From Thermodesulfobacteriota bacterium (GTDB taxonomy: Bacteria; Desulfobacterota_D; UBA1144; Nemesobacterales; JAZGCJ01): DNA of 64,000 nucleotides. The notes below the pieces were generated by a model. It had not been told where the DNA came from, ran no database searches, and was given only the letters and a program-made list of their open reading frames with translations. The position numbers and the translations under genes were made by a program. Where the stretch lies: the NCBI GenBank assembly GCA_036476895.1, contig JAZGCJ010000341.1, positions 18,114 through 82,113 of the forward strand, given 5' to 3'. Below, in pieces: positions 38,748 through 47,817 of this stretch; position 1 is the stretch's first letter; every line of letters begins with the position of its first letter.

Positions 38748-39061
38748 TTTGATTCACTTAATTCCTTTATAAGCTCAACTAAGGCTTGAAATTGTTTTAA
38801 ATATAAATCTAAAAAGTTTCTTGCAGATTGGGAAATCATAGTTCCTAGGACCAAAGTCTCAAGGATTGCTATAATACCATCGGTCAATCCTAGAGCATTA
38901 TTAAACTTGCTTTCCTTAATCAGGGATGCTACGGATATGATATCCTCTGCAATAGAATATACTTTTGAATGGACATTATGGCTCTCTGTCAGGTGTTTTA
39001 TATGGGTAATAAGAGATGCTTTTGCCATTACAAGTTTATAAAGCGACTCTGACATTGACAT
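38744..39061 (-). CDS. hypothetical protein
   Basis: 105-aa helical protein. Confidence 0.35.
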   Translation of the reverse strand: MSMSESLYKLVMAKASLITHIKHLTESHNVHSKVYSIAEDIISVASLIKESKFNNALGLTDGIIAILETLVLGTMISQSARNFLDLYLKQFQALVELIKELSESK

Positions 39062-39124
39062 TTCTGTATCATCTATGCAAAAAATAATCTTAAAAACTTA
39101 ATGGTGAAAACCAAAGCGTACCGT

Positions 39125-39176
39125 TTGTCAATGCACTTATAAGTACTTGATACCAATATATTAATTGTGAACCAAA
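39125..39176 (+). promoter_or_regulatory. promoter cassette variant (AATGCACT box, cttataagta TATA-like, attgtgaacc)
   Basis: tcAATGCACTTATAAGTActtgataccaatatattaattGTGAACcaaaATG. Confidence 0.45.
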
Positions 39177-39956
39177 ATGACAAAACGAAAACACAAATTT
39201 GAAGTAAGTCCTCAAAGGAAGGACATCGAGAATGTTAAGGCAGTTACAGAGAAAAATGTCTTACATTCTATAATCTTTGAGCTATACAACTCAGGATATA
39301 AGCCGGCTCCTATAAGTAAGGAGTTAGACATAAACCACTATACTATTAGAGGTTTATTGAATAAGCGGAACGATATCGTTAGGAATGAACAGGAAGATCT
39401 ATTTGATGGGATATCAATTCTGTCAAATGCTTTAATGAGCTACGTGGAAATCTTAAAACACAAAGGTCTCCAGGGATCTGCAAAGCAATCTTTACAGCAA
39501 TTGTCAAATTTTCTTAATGGTGGCTATACATCTTCTATTAATGAAAGTGTAGCTCCGAAAGAAATTGAAAATATTAAAGAGGAACTTAAATTCATAGATA
39601 AAGATGAATTAGAGTTGAATGTTCCAGTAACTAAAGAACCTGAACTCATTGATCAAATGGAATCCTTGTTGAAACTTCCCATTGAGGAAACTATCGAAGA
39701 AATCGTAGAAGAAAAACCATCTAAGTTAGAATTGATGATTGCATCCGCTGTGGAGAATGGCCAACTTTCCAGTACTAGTAAGCGTGGTCGTAAAAGCAGT
39801 AAACAAAAAGACAGTGAGAATATTCTTATGCAACATGTCAAAGCAACTGCTGCCAAACGTGGTATTGTATTAGGACGGGGAAGACCTTCTCCTGCAATTC
39901 AAGATCAGCTAAAAGCAATTGAAACCGAAATTAAAGCAAAATTCAATTTAGGTTAG
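39177..39956 (+). CDS. helix-turn-helix DNA-binding protein
   Basis: 259 aa. N-terminal HTH-like segment GYKPAPISKELDINHYTIRGLLNK. Acidic and basic low-complexity C-terminus. Confidence 0.45.
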   Translation: MTKRKHKFEVSPQRKDIENVKAVTEKNVLHSIIFELYNSGYKPAPISKELDINHYTIRGLLNKRNDIVRNEQEDLFDGISILSNALMSYVEILKHKGLQGSAKQSLQQLSNFLNGGYTSSINESVAPKEIENIKEELKFIDKDELELNVPVTKEPELIDQMESLLKLPIEETIEEIVEEKPSKLELMIASAVENGQLSSTSKRGRKSSKQKDSENILMQHVKATAAKRGIVLGRGRPSPAIQDQLKAIETEIKAKFNLG

Positions 39957-39963
39957 TTTTTTC

Positions 39964-39999
39964 CGGAGTTAAACCATTCGTGGTTTGACTCCTTTTTTT
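39964..39999 (+). terminator. intrinsic terminator (12-bp stem with UUCG tetraloop, T8)
   Basis: GGAGTTAAACCA-TTCG-TGGTTTGACTCC followed by TTTTTTTT. Confidence 0.65.
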
Positions 40000-40009
40000 T
40001 GGCCTTAGC

Positions 40010-40339
40010 TTAGCTTGTGATAGCTTTCCTGGATATGTTGATATCTAAATTTTCAATTCGGACAACCGTAGAATCGAGAAAGACAATCTTTAATTGGGAT
40101 TTGAAGTTTCCATCACCACCGGAAAAGTCGCCTGACGCTGGAGTATAATTACATTTGCCATTTACTGCATCTGTAATAGTACACGCCTTGCTAAATAGTA
40201 GGGTCGTGAAATCTTCATCAAACACAAAAAATGTAATGGTTGTGTCTGTTATATCCACAACACTATCATCATTTGCGTCCTTAATTACAAAGTCTATGCC
40301 TTCTTTAGTATTTTCTTCAATGAAATCGAGTGCAACCAT
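40010..40339 (-). CDS. small β-rich protein downstream of giant fibre gene
   Basis: 109 aa, Asp/Thr/Phe-rich. Confidence 0.35.
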   Translation of the reverse strand: MVALDFIEENTKEGIDFVIKDANDDSVVDITDTTITFFVFDEDFTTLLFSKACTITDAVNGKCNYTPASGDFSGGDGNFKSQLKIVFLDSTVVRIENLDINISRKAITS

Positions 40340-40343
40340 GTTA

Positions 40344-43300
40344 TTACCTCACTGTAGCATCAAATGTATAATCTTTAGTTTTCTTAGCAGTAAATGTATA
40401 TTGAACAGATTTAGTAGCAGTAAATGTATATTGAACAGATTTAGTAGCATCGAATGTGAACGCAATTGTCTTTGTTGGTTCACAAGTAAATTTAATTGTT
40501 TTGGTAGCATCAAAAGTTAAGTCTCCAATGGCAACAATCTCCACTTCTCGAGAAAGTGTCCTGGAGGCTTGTGCATCTTGCTGCACAACACGACTGACAG
40601 ATCGGCTCGCCCGAGCCTCGTTCTGGATTTCTCTGAATAGGCTAATTGAGGCACGTGCTTCGTTTTGGATGGCCCTCGAAACCGATCTACTGGCCCTCGT
40701 TTCCTGTTTCACAATTCTAGTCAAAGATCGACTATTACGTGCCTGAGCTTGTGTCATACGGCTAATTGTTTGACTAACTCTGGTTTCCTGTTGAATCTCC
40801 CTTGAAACTGTCCTTGATTTACGGTCTTCCATCTCTGGAGTTCTGGTTATGCTGCGGGATGCTCTTGCTTCCTGCTGAACCTGTCGAGATACAGTAACAC
40901 TATTACGTGCCTCTTTCTGCACTTCTCGTAACAAGGATCTGGAAGCCCTTGCAGTCAGGATAACTTCACGACTTATTATTCTTGAATCTCGTGCATCTTG
41001 TTGAACCTGTCTTTGGACGGATCTTGATGCCTTAGCTTCCTGTTGTGCAGTTCGGGTTAAACTCCTTGAGGCTAATGCTACAATAATAACCTCTCTGGAT
41101 ACTGTTCTTGATGCCCTTGCATCTTGTTGAACTATTCGGTGAACAGATCGTGAAGCTCGTGCTTCTTGTTGTACAATTCTTGTCAGACTTCTACTAGCAC
41201 GAGCCTCGGACTGTACCACTCTATGAACTGAACGAGAATCCCTTGCAGTTCCAATAACCTCTCTGCTTATTGTTCGGCTAGCTCTGGCCTCCTGTTGAAT
41301 TACTCTCGAAACAGACCGACTGGCTCTTGCCTCACTCTGTACAACTCTATGTAGCGATCTTGACGCTCGTGCTTCTTGGAGTACATTTCGTGTGACGCTT
41401 CTACTCGCACGATCATCCTGTTGAACGACTCGGTGAACTGATCGAGATGCCTGTGCATCCTGTTGGATTTCCCTGGATATGGTTCGACTATTACGTGCCT
41501 CTTGTTCGACTATTCTGTGAACTGAACGACTAACTCTGGCCTCAGCCTGGGTTTTCCTTGATATCGTCCTACTCGCACGGGCCTCCTGTTTTACTTCTCT
41601 TGTAACACTTCTTGAGGCTCTGGCTTCCTGTTTTACAACTCTTGTGACTGATCTGCTAGCCCTTGATTCCTGTTGAACCTGTCTGCTCACTGATCTGCTA
41701 GCCCTTGCCTCAGACTGTACTATTCGATGAATTGACTTACTAACTCGGGTCTCTTGCTTTACAACCCTGTGAACAGACCTGCTAGCACGGGCTTCCGCTG
41801 ATCCTGCACTTCTCGTCACAGATATGCTCTGTCTTGCTTCTTGTTGAACTTCTCGGCTTATGGTACGTGAGGCCCTGGCAGAATTAACAGTTTCTCGTGA
41901 CACAGTTCTTGATACACGAGCTTCTTGTTCCACTATTCGGTGAACAGACCTGCTAATTCGGCCCTCATCTTTGATGGTACGAGCTAGTCCCCTACTAACC
42001 AAAACAAGACATTCTGGTAATCCAAGCGTGTGAAAGGTCGAAGGACTATTTTGATTATTATATTCAGATAAAATCCATCCCGCAGTATGGACTATATCAG
42101 AAATCCGAATTTCATCCATAATTGCATTAACGGCTTGACTAGCATGAGATACAAGAAACGGATCTGAATTAGCGAGACTACTATCTACTTCGTCCATATT
42201 ATCATTATTATCCTCAACTCCATTTTCATAAATCCTTAATAAAGCTGGTATTCTATCAACTTGACCAACAAAATAAATCCATATCCCTGTTGTTGGTATT
42301 GGAACTCTTGATGTATCCTGAGTATCTCCATCAGCATCTTCTACCTCAAACTTCATTCCGTTAACAAGAGAAGTAAGATTAAAAGAATATCCAGCATTAC
42401 CAGCAAATTCTCCTTTGTCAATAGGTCGTCTTGGCCCCCCTCCCGAATTAAAATTAATCCACATAGAAACAGTTAAATCTAAAGCAAAGTCTAAATGCCC
42501 ATCCCCGGGATCTCCCATACTAACTTGCCCATTAAATCCATCAAAATTATAAGCATCCCCAATTTTACCAGTCGATCCTTGTGTTGTACCTCCAGATATA
42601 ATCCCGTCTGTATTATGAATAGTAGAATCTTTAGCATTACCAGATGCTTCTTGGAAGTGCCAAACTCCTTTATAATTGGAATTCCAAGTTCCTGGTTTGT
42701 TTTGTTGGTCAGTTGCCCCAGAATTGTTATAATACATATAGATGTCTGTATCTATGGAACCGCTAATGAAAGGAAGGTTTACCCAAGCAATCAACTCTCC
42801 TGTGCCAGTGACATATAGCACACGTTCGTGATTAAGTTTTGTCACACCATCGGAGGATGTAAAGAGAATATCAAATCCATCTGACCGTGCATCATCCGAT
42901 AGGTTAGCATCGCTAGTTAATCTAATGAGTACGGGAAAATCAACTAAATTCTCGGCAATCTTAGTAGAGTCGATGGTGACTTTCTTTCGGCAAATCCAAT
43001 CATTATCAAACCATTGAACTGCAGGTGCTACCGTCCTTGACAAGGGACGACTAGCTCTGGTCACTTGTTCTATAGTCCTTGTTAAAGATCTGGATGCACG
43101 TGTCTCTTGCTGTACTTGTCTGGATAGAGATCTGCTCACACGAGCTTGATCGAGTACTTTTCTTGTAATTGATCTACTAGCCCGTGCAGTAAAAACAACT
43201 TCCCTGGATATTGTCCTACTAACTCTGGTATCCTTTTGAACAATCCGGTGAACACTTCTTGAGGCTTGAGCATCCTGTTCTACTTCTCTGGATAGGTGTC

Positions 43301-44672
43301 TTGACGCTCGTGCTTGATCAGTCATTGTTCTTGTGACTGATCGTGAGGCTTGGTCAGAGTTAATAGCCTCTCTGCTGATGGTACGGGAAACCCTTGTTTC
43401 CTGTTGAACCACTCGATGAACAGAACGACTATCTCTAGTTACCTGTTCAACCGTTCTTGATAAGGATCTGGATGCCCTTGCGGATTGTTGTTGTTCAAAT
43501 TCAATTACGAAGAACGTTCTATTTCTGGCTGTATCGGCAGTGGCAACCTCGTCATTCCCGAGATCCTCCCACTGGAAGCTAAATGTGGTCGATGCGGTTA
43601 TCCCTGTTTTTGCCCAAATTTGGCAAAGCCCCGTCACTTCGTGATCATGATCTACAAACGTAGTGAGTTCAGATCCCTCTCTTGTACCTGCTACGGCTAT
43701 TCTATATTGGGTAGTACTTTCAGCGGAGCCACCAGTCGCATTTGACGGATTAAAGTTAGCTACAATTAAATGAATGGCATTTGAGGCATTAGGGGTATAA
43801 GTCCCTGTCATGCCAGTCATATCGGCATAACTGACCGGGGATGTGGCAGACGAGGTAAGATTGACATCAACTTTTAAAACTGCATTACTTTTAATTTCTA
43901 CAATTTGAAAGGTTCGCAGTCTGCCGGTATCTACACTTGTAGTCTGCCCTTCTCTTGTCTGCCATTGTAATTCAAATCCATGACTTCCTGATATTCCATC
44001 AAGAATGTGCATTCCAGACCATCCCGGCCCCTCATCAATTTCGTCCTTAAATACACTGGTAATTGCTCCCTCTTTAGTGCCATCTACAGAGAATTGAAAA
44101 TCCGCAGTGTCGTCTGAAGAATCTGATAAATCAATTGGCACATTTGCAATCATTAAAAGAACACTACCAGTTCCTGCAACAGAGATACTGCTAGCACTAA
44201 ACAGATTACCCCACGTACTTGGGGAGGCTGCTGCCCCAGTTGAGGATTGGTTTACTAGAATACTAGCGTCCCCATCTGTAATTTCAATGACTTGGAGTGA
44301 CTGCTCTCGAGCAGTGTCCATGTTCGCATCAGATATTACATCTTGCCATTCACATTTAAAACTATTAGATGATCCTGATAGCCCAGTAACCGCAAACATT
44401 ATAGTCATAGGATGAACACCCCCTACTGAGTGAATGTTATCCGTAAATGCAGTAACTACAGGGCTCCCAGTGGCAGACCCATTGACACTGATTCTGAATT
44501 CGGCAGTTGCATCCCCCTCATCCTTTAAAGGAACTTGAGCAATTATAAGTAATACGCTACTGGTATTCTTTACAGTGATACCACTTGCTGTCAAACCTGG
44601 GACAATACCCCACGTAGCAGGGGCAGTACCTGAACTTAAAGAGGTTATATCAACCAGTAGATTTGAAGGCAT
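40344..44672 (-). CDS. giant fibre-like structural protein with about 50 tandem Arg/Ser-rich 14-aa repeats flanking a LamG/concanavalin-like domain
   Basis: 1442 aa. Repeat unit about RASRSVxRxVQQEA (42-nt DNA periodicity) in two blocks. Central domain ...FDGFNGQVSMGDPGDGHLDFALDLTVSMWINFNSGG... is LamG-like. N-terminal β-rich Ig-like region. C-terminus has short 10-aa repeats (TKSVQYTFTA) encoded by 30-nt tandem DNA repeats at 40380-40450. Confidence 0.6.
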   Translation of the reverse strand: MPSNLLVDITSLSSGTAPATWGIVPGLTASGITVKNTSSVLLIIAQVPLKDEGDATAEFRISVNGSATGSPVVTAFTDNIHSVGGVHPMTIMFAVTGLSGSSNSFKCEWQDVISDANMDTAREQSLQVIEITDGDASILVNQSSTGAAASPSTWGNLFSASSISVAGTGSVLLMIANVPIDLSDSSDDTADFQFSVDGTKEGAITSVFKDEIDEGPGWSGMHILDGISGSHGFELQWQTREGQTTSVDTGRLRTFQIVEIKSNAVLKVDVNLTSSATSPVSYADMTGMTGTYTPNASNAIHLIVANFNPSNATGGSAESTTQYRIAVAGTREGSELTTFVDHDHEVTGLCQIWAKTGITASTTFSFQWEDLGNDEVATADTARNRTFFVIEFEQQQSARASRSLSRTVEQVTRDSRSVHRVVQQETRVSRTISREAINSDQASRSVTRTMTDQARASRHLSREVEQDAQASRSVHRIVQKDTRVSRTISREVVFTARASRSITRKVLDQARVSRSLSRQVQQETRASRSLTRTIEQVTRASRPLSRTVAPAVQWFDNDWICRKKVTIDSTKIAENLVDFPVLIRLTSDANLSDDARSDGFDILFTSSDGVTKLNHERVLYVTGTGELIAWVNLPFISGSIDTDIYMYYNNSGATDQQNKPGTWNSNYKGVWHFQEASGNAKDSTIHNTDGIISGGTTQGSTGKIGDAYNFDGFNGQVSMGDPGDGHLDFALDLTVSMWINFNSGGGPRRPIDKGEFAGNAGYSFNLTSLVNGMKFEVEDADGDTQDTSRVPIPTTGIWIYFVGQVDRIPALLRIYENGVEDNNDNMDEVDSSLANSDPFLVSHASQAVNAIMDEIRISDIVHTAGWILSEYNNQNSPSTFHTLGLPECLVLVSRGLARTIKDEGRISRSVHRIVEQEARVSRTVSRETVNSARASRTISREVQQEARQSISVTRSAGSAEARASRSVHRVVKQETRVSKSIHRIVQSEARASRSVSRQVQQESRASRSVTRVVKQEARASRSVTREVKQEARASRTISRKTQAEARVSRSVHRIVEQEARNSRTISREIQQDAQASRSVHRVVQQDDRASRSVTRNVLQEARASRSLHRVVQSEARASRSVSRVIQQEARASRTISREVIGTARDSRSVHRVVQSEARASRSLTRIVQQEARASRSVHRIVQQDARASRTVSREVIIVALASRSLTRTAQQEAKASRSVQRQVQQDARDSRIISREVILTARASRSLLREVQKEARNSVTVSRQVQQEARASRSITRTPEMEDRKSRTVSREIQQETRVSQTISRMTQAQARNSRSLTRIVKQETRASRSVSRAIQNEARASISLFREIQNEARASRSVSRVVQQDAQASRTLSREVEIVAIGDLTFDATKTIKFTCEPTKTIAFTFDATKSVQYTFTATKSVQYTFTAKKTKDYTFDATVR

Positions 44673-44683
44673 TCACCAGTTTC

Positions 44684-45109
44684 CTAAACGATGACTGACC
44701 CAGTTATATCAGATGATGTGAAGTTGCCAGGAGAAGTTTCCTCAATTTGAACCCATTCTTCCCCACTTACAGGAGTTTTAATCACACGGCAGATCGCCAG
44801 GGGTTTTCTAGATTTTTGAATTGTCCCTATCCAACCTTGTGTCACATGGATAAAATCATCTACCTTTCTTCGGAAAATAGTTGATAGGACATCCCCCATA
44901 TAAGCGGCAACTTCTTGTCCGCCCACACCTTCTTTAAACACTGTGAAATTAATTTCATGTTGTTCGGCTATGTTATTTAGCCGTAGTAAAACGCCACTGA
45001 GTTTATAGACTTTGAGATCATCCCCAAGGTTTCTCTCAAATGTCTCTGTATTTCGTCCTAAAAATAGGGTACCAATTTCTGCTAATAATGTTGCTTTAGT
45101 TAGTGCCAA
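44684..45109 (-). CDS. hypothetical virion-associated protein
   Basis: 141 aa, directly upstream of the giant fibre gene. Confidence 0.35.
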   Translation of the reverse strand: MALTKATLLAEIGTLFLGRNTETFERNLGDDLKVYKLSGVLLRLNNIAEQHEINFTVFKEGVGGQEVAAYMGDVLSTIFRRKVDDFIHVTQGWIGTIQKSRKPLAICRVIKTPVSGEEWVQIEETSPGNFTSSDITGSVIV

Positions 45110-45824
45110 GAGTTATTTCCTCGTTGTTTTGTGTCAAACGAGGAGGATAACCCTGACCGTCTATACCTGTGACCGTTCCGCCAATGACTTGCCCAGTAAA
45201 CTCATCTTTAATGGGTGTACACTTCTGTCCATCCAGAGAGAAGTGGTCATAGCCTATGCGTTTATCAAATATGTTTTCTTCAGCAAACTCCACCCCAGTA
45301 CTAAACTTAAATGGATGAACAACCAATTTATCAATTAATCCCTCAATTTGTTTATGATCATCCTTAGTTTTCAAAATCTTCTTTAAACTATACATTGAAT
45401 CGATAATATTTCCCCGATGATGAACCTGTTCCACAAACTTTTGATTATCCAGTTCAATGCTTAAGGCATCACCATCTTCATTATAACAAAAACCAATCCG
45501 TTCTGAGTCAAAGGGAATTTTTGGCATTCTTGGGCCCATTAGTCCCTGCCGTCCTGCTTTGATGTGATAAAAAAAGCCTTGGGCTAAGCCCGGCACTGTT
45601 TCCCCATTTTTGGAAACTTTAATCTTCCGAGTAATGGTGTATTTTGAACCTTTCAAGTGCAACCGAAGAGCAATGATATCAGCTCTTGTGGTTTTATCTA
45701 TATCATAAAAGGCTTTAATTGTTTTAGAAGTAAGTGTTCGTCCATCACTAAGATTAGCTGACCATGTAGCCGGCTCCAGGATTTTATACATGGCGTTCAT
45801 TATTCTGGAAGTAGGATGACTCAA
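45096..45824 (-). CDS. hypothetical structural protein
   Basis: 242 aa. Positional. Confidence 0.4.
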   Translation of the reverse strand: MSHPTSRIMNAMYKILEPATWSANLSDGRTLTSKTIKAFYDIDKTTRADIIALRLHLKGSKYTITRKIKVSKNGETVPGLAQGFFYHIKAGRQGLMGPRMPKIPFDSERIGFCYNEDGDALSIELDNQKFVEQVHHRGNIIDSMYSLKKILKTKDDHKQIEGLIDKLVVHPFKFSTGVEFAEENIFDKRIGYDHFSLDGQKCTPIKDEFTGQVIGGTVTGIDGQGYPPRLTQNNEEITLGTN

Positions 45825-45896
45825 ATGTATTGTTCACCAATGCATTTTTTGGAAATACAGGGGAATTACGGAGCGAGTAACCTTTAAAGGTCATTC

Positions 45897-45953
45897 AGCA
45901 ATGCATTGATTACAGACCATTTAAGAATTTTGTGATTTCAGGAGGTACCTCCC
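45897..45953 (+). promoter_or_regulatory. promoter with AATGCATTGA box and palindromic Shine-Dalgarno (GGAGGTACCTCC)
   Basis: cagcAATGCATTGAttacagaccatttaagaattttgtgatttcaGGAGGTACCTCCcATG. The SD GGAGG lies 8 nt from the ATG inside a perfect 12-nt palindrome. Confidence 0.45.
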
Positions 45954-47075
45954 ATGAAAAAAATTGGCCTCTCAATTATCGTTTCTGACAGGCATGAAGA
46001 ATTAGACAGAGCTATTCAGTCAGCCGAAGGGCTTTATGATTATCTGTCGATTACCTTGGTCCATGCAAAGGGTTTGGACTTAAAACAAACCGAAGAAGTA
46101 GCCAGGAAGTATAATGCCATTATTAGTCACTATCACACAGATGAAAAATGGAAGCATTCCTTTATTGATGATTTTGGGGCAGCCCGTAATATAGCATGGC
46201 AAGGGCTTCCAGAAGACTGCACTTGGGTTTTTCTTATGGATTCCGATGATATCCTTAAAGATCCAAAAGATGCACGTAAGATGATTTTGAAATATGAACC
46301 TAATTTTGTTATATTTGTTCGTATAAACAACTTACTAGCTCATGGATCATTCCTGCAACAACGGATCTGGATGCGTGGCACTGCCAGGTTTAAGGACCGC
46401 ATTCATGAAACTCTAGTTTACAATAAAAAACTCATTAAAGATTATGTAGAAACTAAAATTGTCATAGTACATGATTCTAAAACACAAGAGGACAGTGGTA
46501 AGAGAAATTTTATTATTCTTAAAGATGTAGTCGGGAATGGGCAAGCAAGCAACCGAATTTTGTTCCATTATTATGAAAAAGTTTATATTCAAGAAATAAA
46601 AAAGGAACGTGCATTATCTACAAGAATGAGGAAGGCTATTAAGCAATTTTCGTTATTGACAAAAAAGAAAGATGTCAGCCCTCAACAACGATTCCGTTGT
46701 CACTACTTTATGGCCGATTTTTATTCGATGAAAGCCAGGGAAGAAAAAGGTACCTTTGAGTCTGCAATTGCACATATTATGGAATGTCTTAAAATTGAAA
46801 TTGACAAGGCAGATCCTTATTTTTTAATGGGTCGTTTGTTATATGCCTCAGGTCGATTTCAAGAGTCAATTTTGTGGCTCAACATTGCCATTGGTCTCCC
46901 GAATCACTTGACTTATTGGCATGATATCAAAGAATTCCGTACTTCAATGCCCCATGCACAATTGGCCCTGTGCTACAAGGCTTTGAATAAACCCAAAGAG
47001 GCTGTACAACATCATGCCTTAGCTCGGGCTTATGATAAAAAATTTGAAAAATATGACGGTACTTATTTCAGGTAA
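45954..47075 (+). CDS. family 2 glycosyltransferase with C-terminal TPR-like repeats
   Basis: 373 aa. N-terminal GT-A signature GLSIIVSDRHEEL...DSDD (DxD). C-terminal helical repeats ...AIAHIMECLKIE...GRLLYASGRFQESILWLNIAIG...ALCYKALNKPKEAVQHHALARAYD. Confidence 0.55.
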   Translation: MKKIGLSIIVSDRHEELDRAIQSAEGLYDYLSITLVHAKGLDLKQTEEVARKYNAIISHYHTDEKWKHSFIDDFGAARNIAWQGLPEDCTWVFLMDSDDILKDPKDARKMILKYEPNFVIFVRINNLLAHGSFLQQRIWMRGTARFKDRIHETLVYNKKLIKDYVETKIVIVHDSKTQEDSGKRNFIILKDVVGNGQASNRILFHYYEKVYIQEIKKERALSTRMRKAIKQFSLLTKKKDVSPQQRFRCHYFMADFYSMKAREEKGTFESAIAHIMECLKIEIDKADPYFLMGRLLYASGRFQESILWLNIAIGLPNHLTYWHDIKEFRTSMPHAQLALCYKALNKPKEAVQHHALARAYDKKFEKYDGTYFR

Positions 47076-47736
47076 AGAAAAATCGATATGTCAGCTCCAC
47101 CGTTTCTACTCCTGCTGTGCTATCATCCATAACGAATAAGTGAATCGCAATCCGATTCTGATTCCCTGCTGACAAAGCAGTTGTGAACGTGATTTTCCGA
47201 GTATCACCTTGTAGCTGGTAGGTTGTGGTTTGAGCCGTCTGGCTTTGGTAAGCCGCCGGCATTGATCCCGCTCCAGCTCCAGGAGTGACATTACTGGAGG
47301 TTTCAACAGCTCTAAGTTGAGAGTGAACGCCTAAGGCAGATGCACCACCATCAAGGATCTCTTTGGTTGTAGCATTAAAACTAGTATCATCCCATGCCTC
47401 TAATTCTGCAGCCTGAGTTTCGGGGTTCGTATCTGCCTGAATAGCTAGGACATTTGTGTTTGTAGGATTACTAGCAAACATGTCCACCGTGAATGAGTCG
47501 GTTTCTTGTCCACCGGCATCATACAGCGTAATTTCGGCATCTGTGCCTTTATCTATCCATAATTCATCAGCAATTCGGACTACATCACCACCAGACGGAA
47601 CTGGAATTGGTTTTAAATTTCCCGCTGTACTACCCGCCCCGGTAAATGTAATCGTTTCTGCTGCAAGAATGTCTGTCCATGTAGGAGATGCTTCTGTATT
47701 GGAATTGTATTTAAACACAATGGTAGGTGATGCCAC
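47068..47736 (-). CDS. hypothetical β-rich virion protein
   Basis: 222 aa, Thr/Ala/Gly/Ser-rich. Downstream of the terminase gene. Confidence 0.35.
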   Translation of the reverse strand: MASPTIVFKYNSNTEASPTWTDILAAETITFTGAGSTAGNLKPIPVPSGGDVVRIADELWIDKGTDAEITLYDAGGQETDSFTVDMFASNPTNTNVLAIQADTNPETQAAELEAWDDTSFNATTKEILDGGASALGVHSQLRAVETSSNVTPGAGAGSMPAAYQSQTAQTTTYQLQGDTRKITFTTALSAGNQNRIAIHLFVMDDSTAGVETVELTYRFFFT

Positions 47737-47817
47737 ATCAAAACCTCGAATTTAATAAAATTTGATTAATGATTTAACACCAAATTTTTAAACTTTTCTC
47801 ACCCATGCATTGATCGG

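Noticed and set aside
40380-40450. Tandem 30-nt direct repeats and the 42-nt periodic repeats further upstream (40540-43490) considered as a possible CRISPR array
   Set aside because: They lie inside one continuous 1442-codon reading frame and encode peptide repeats. There are no unique spacers of regular length and no leader or cas genes.
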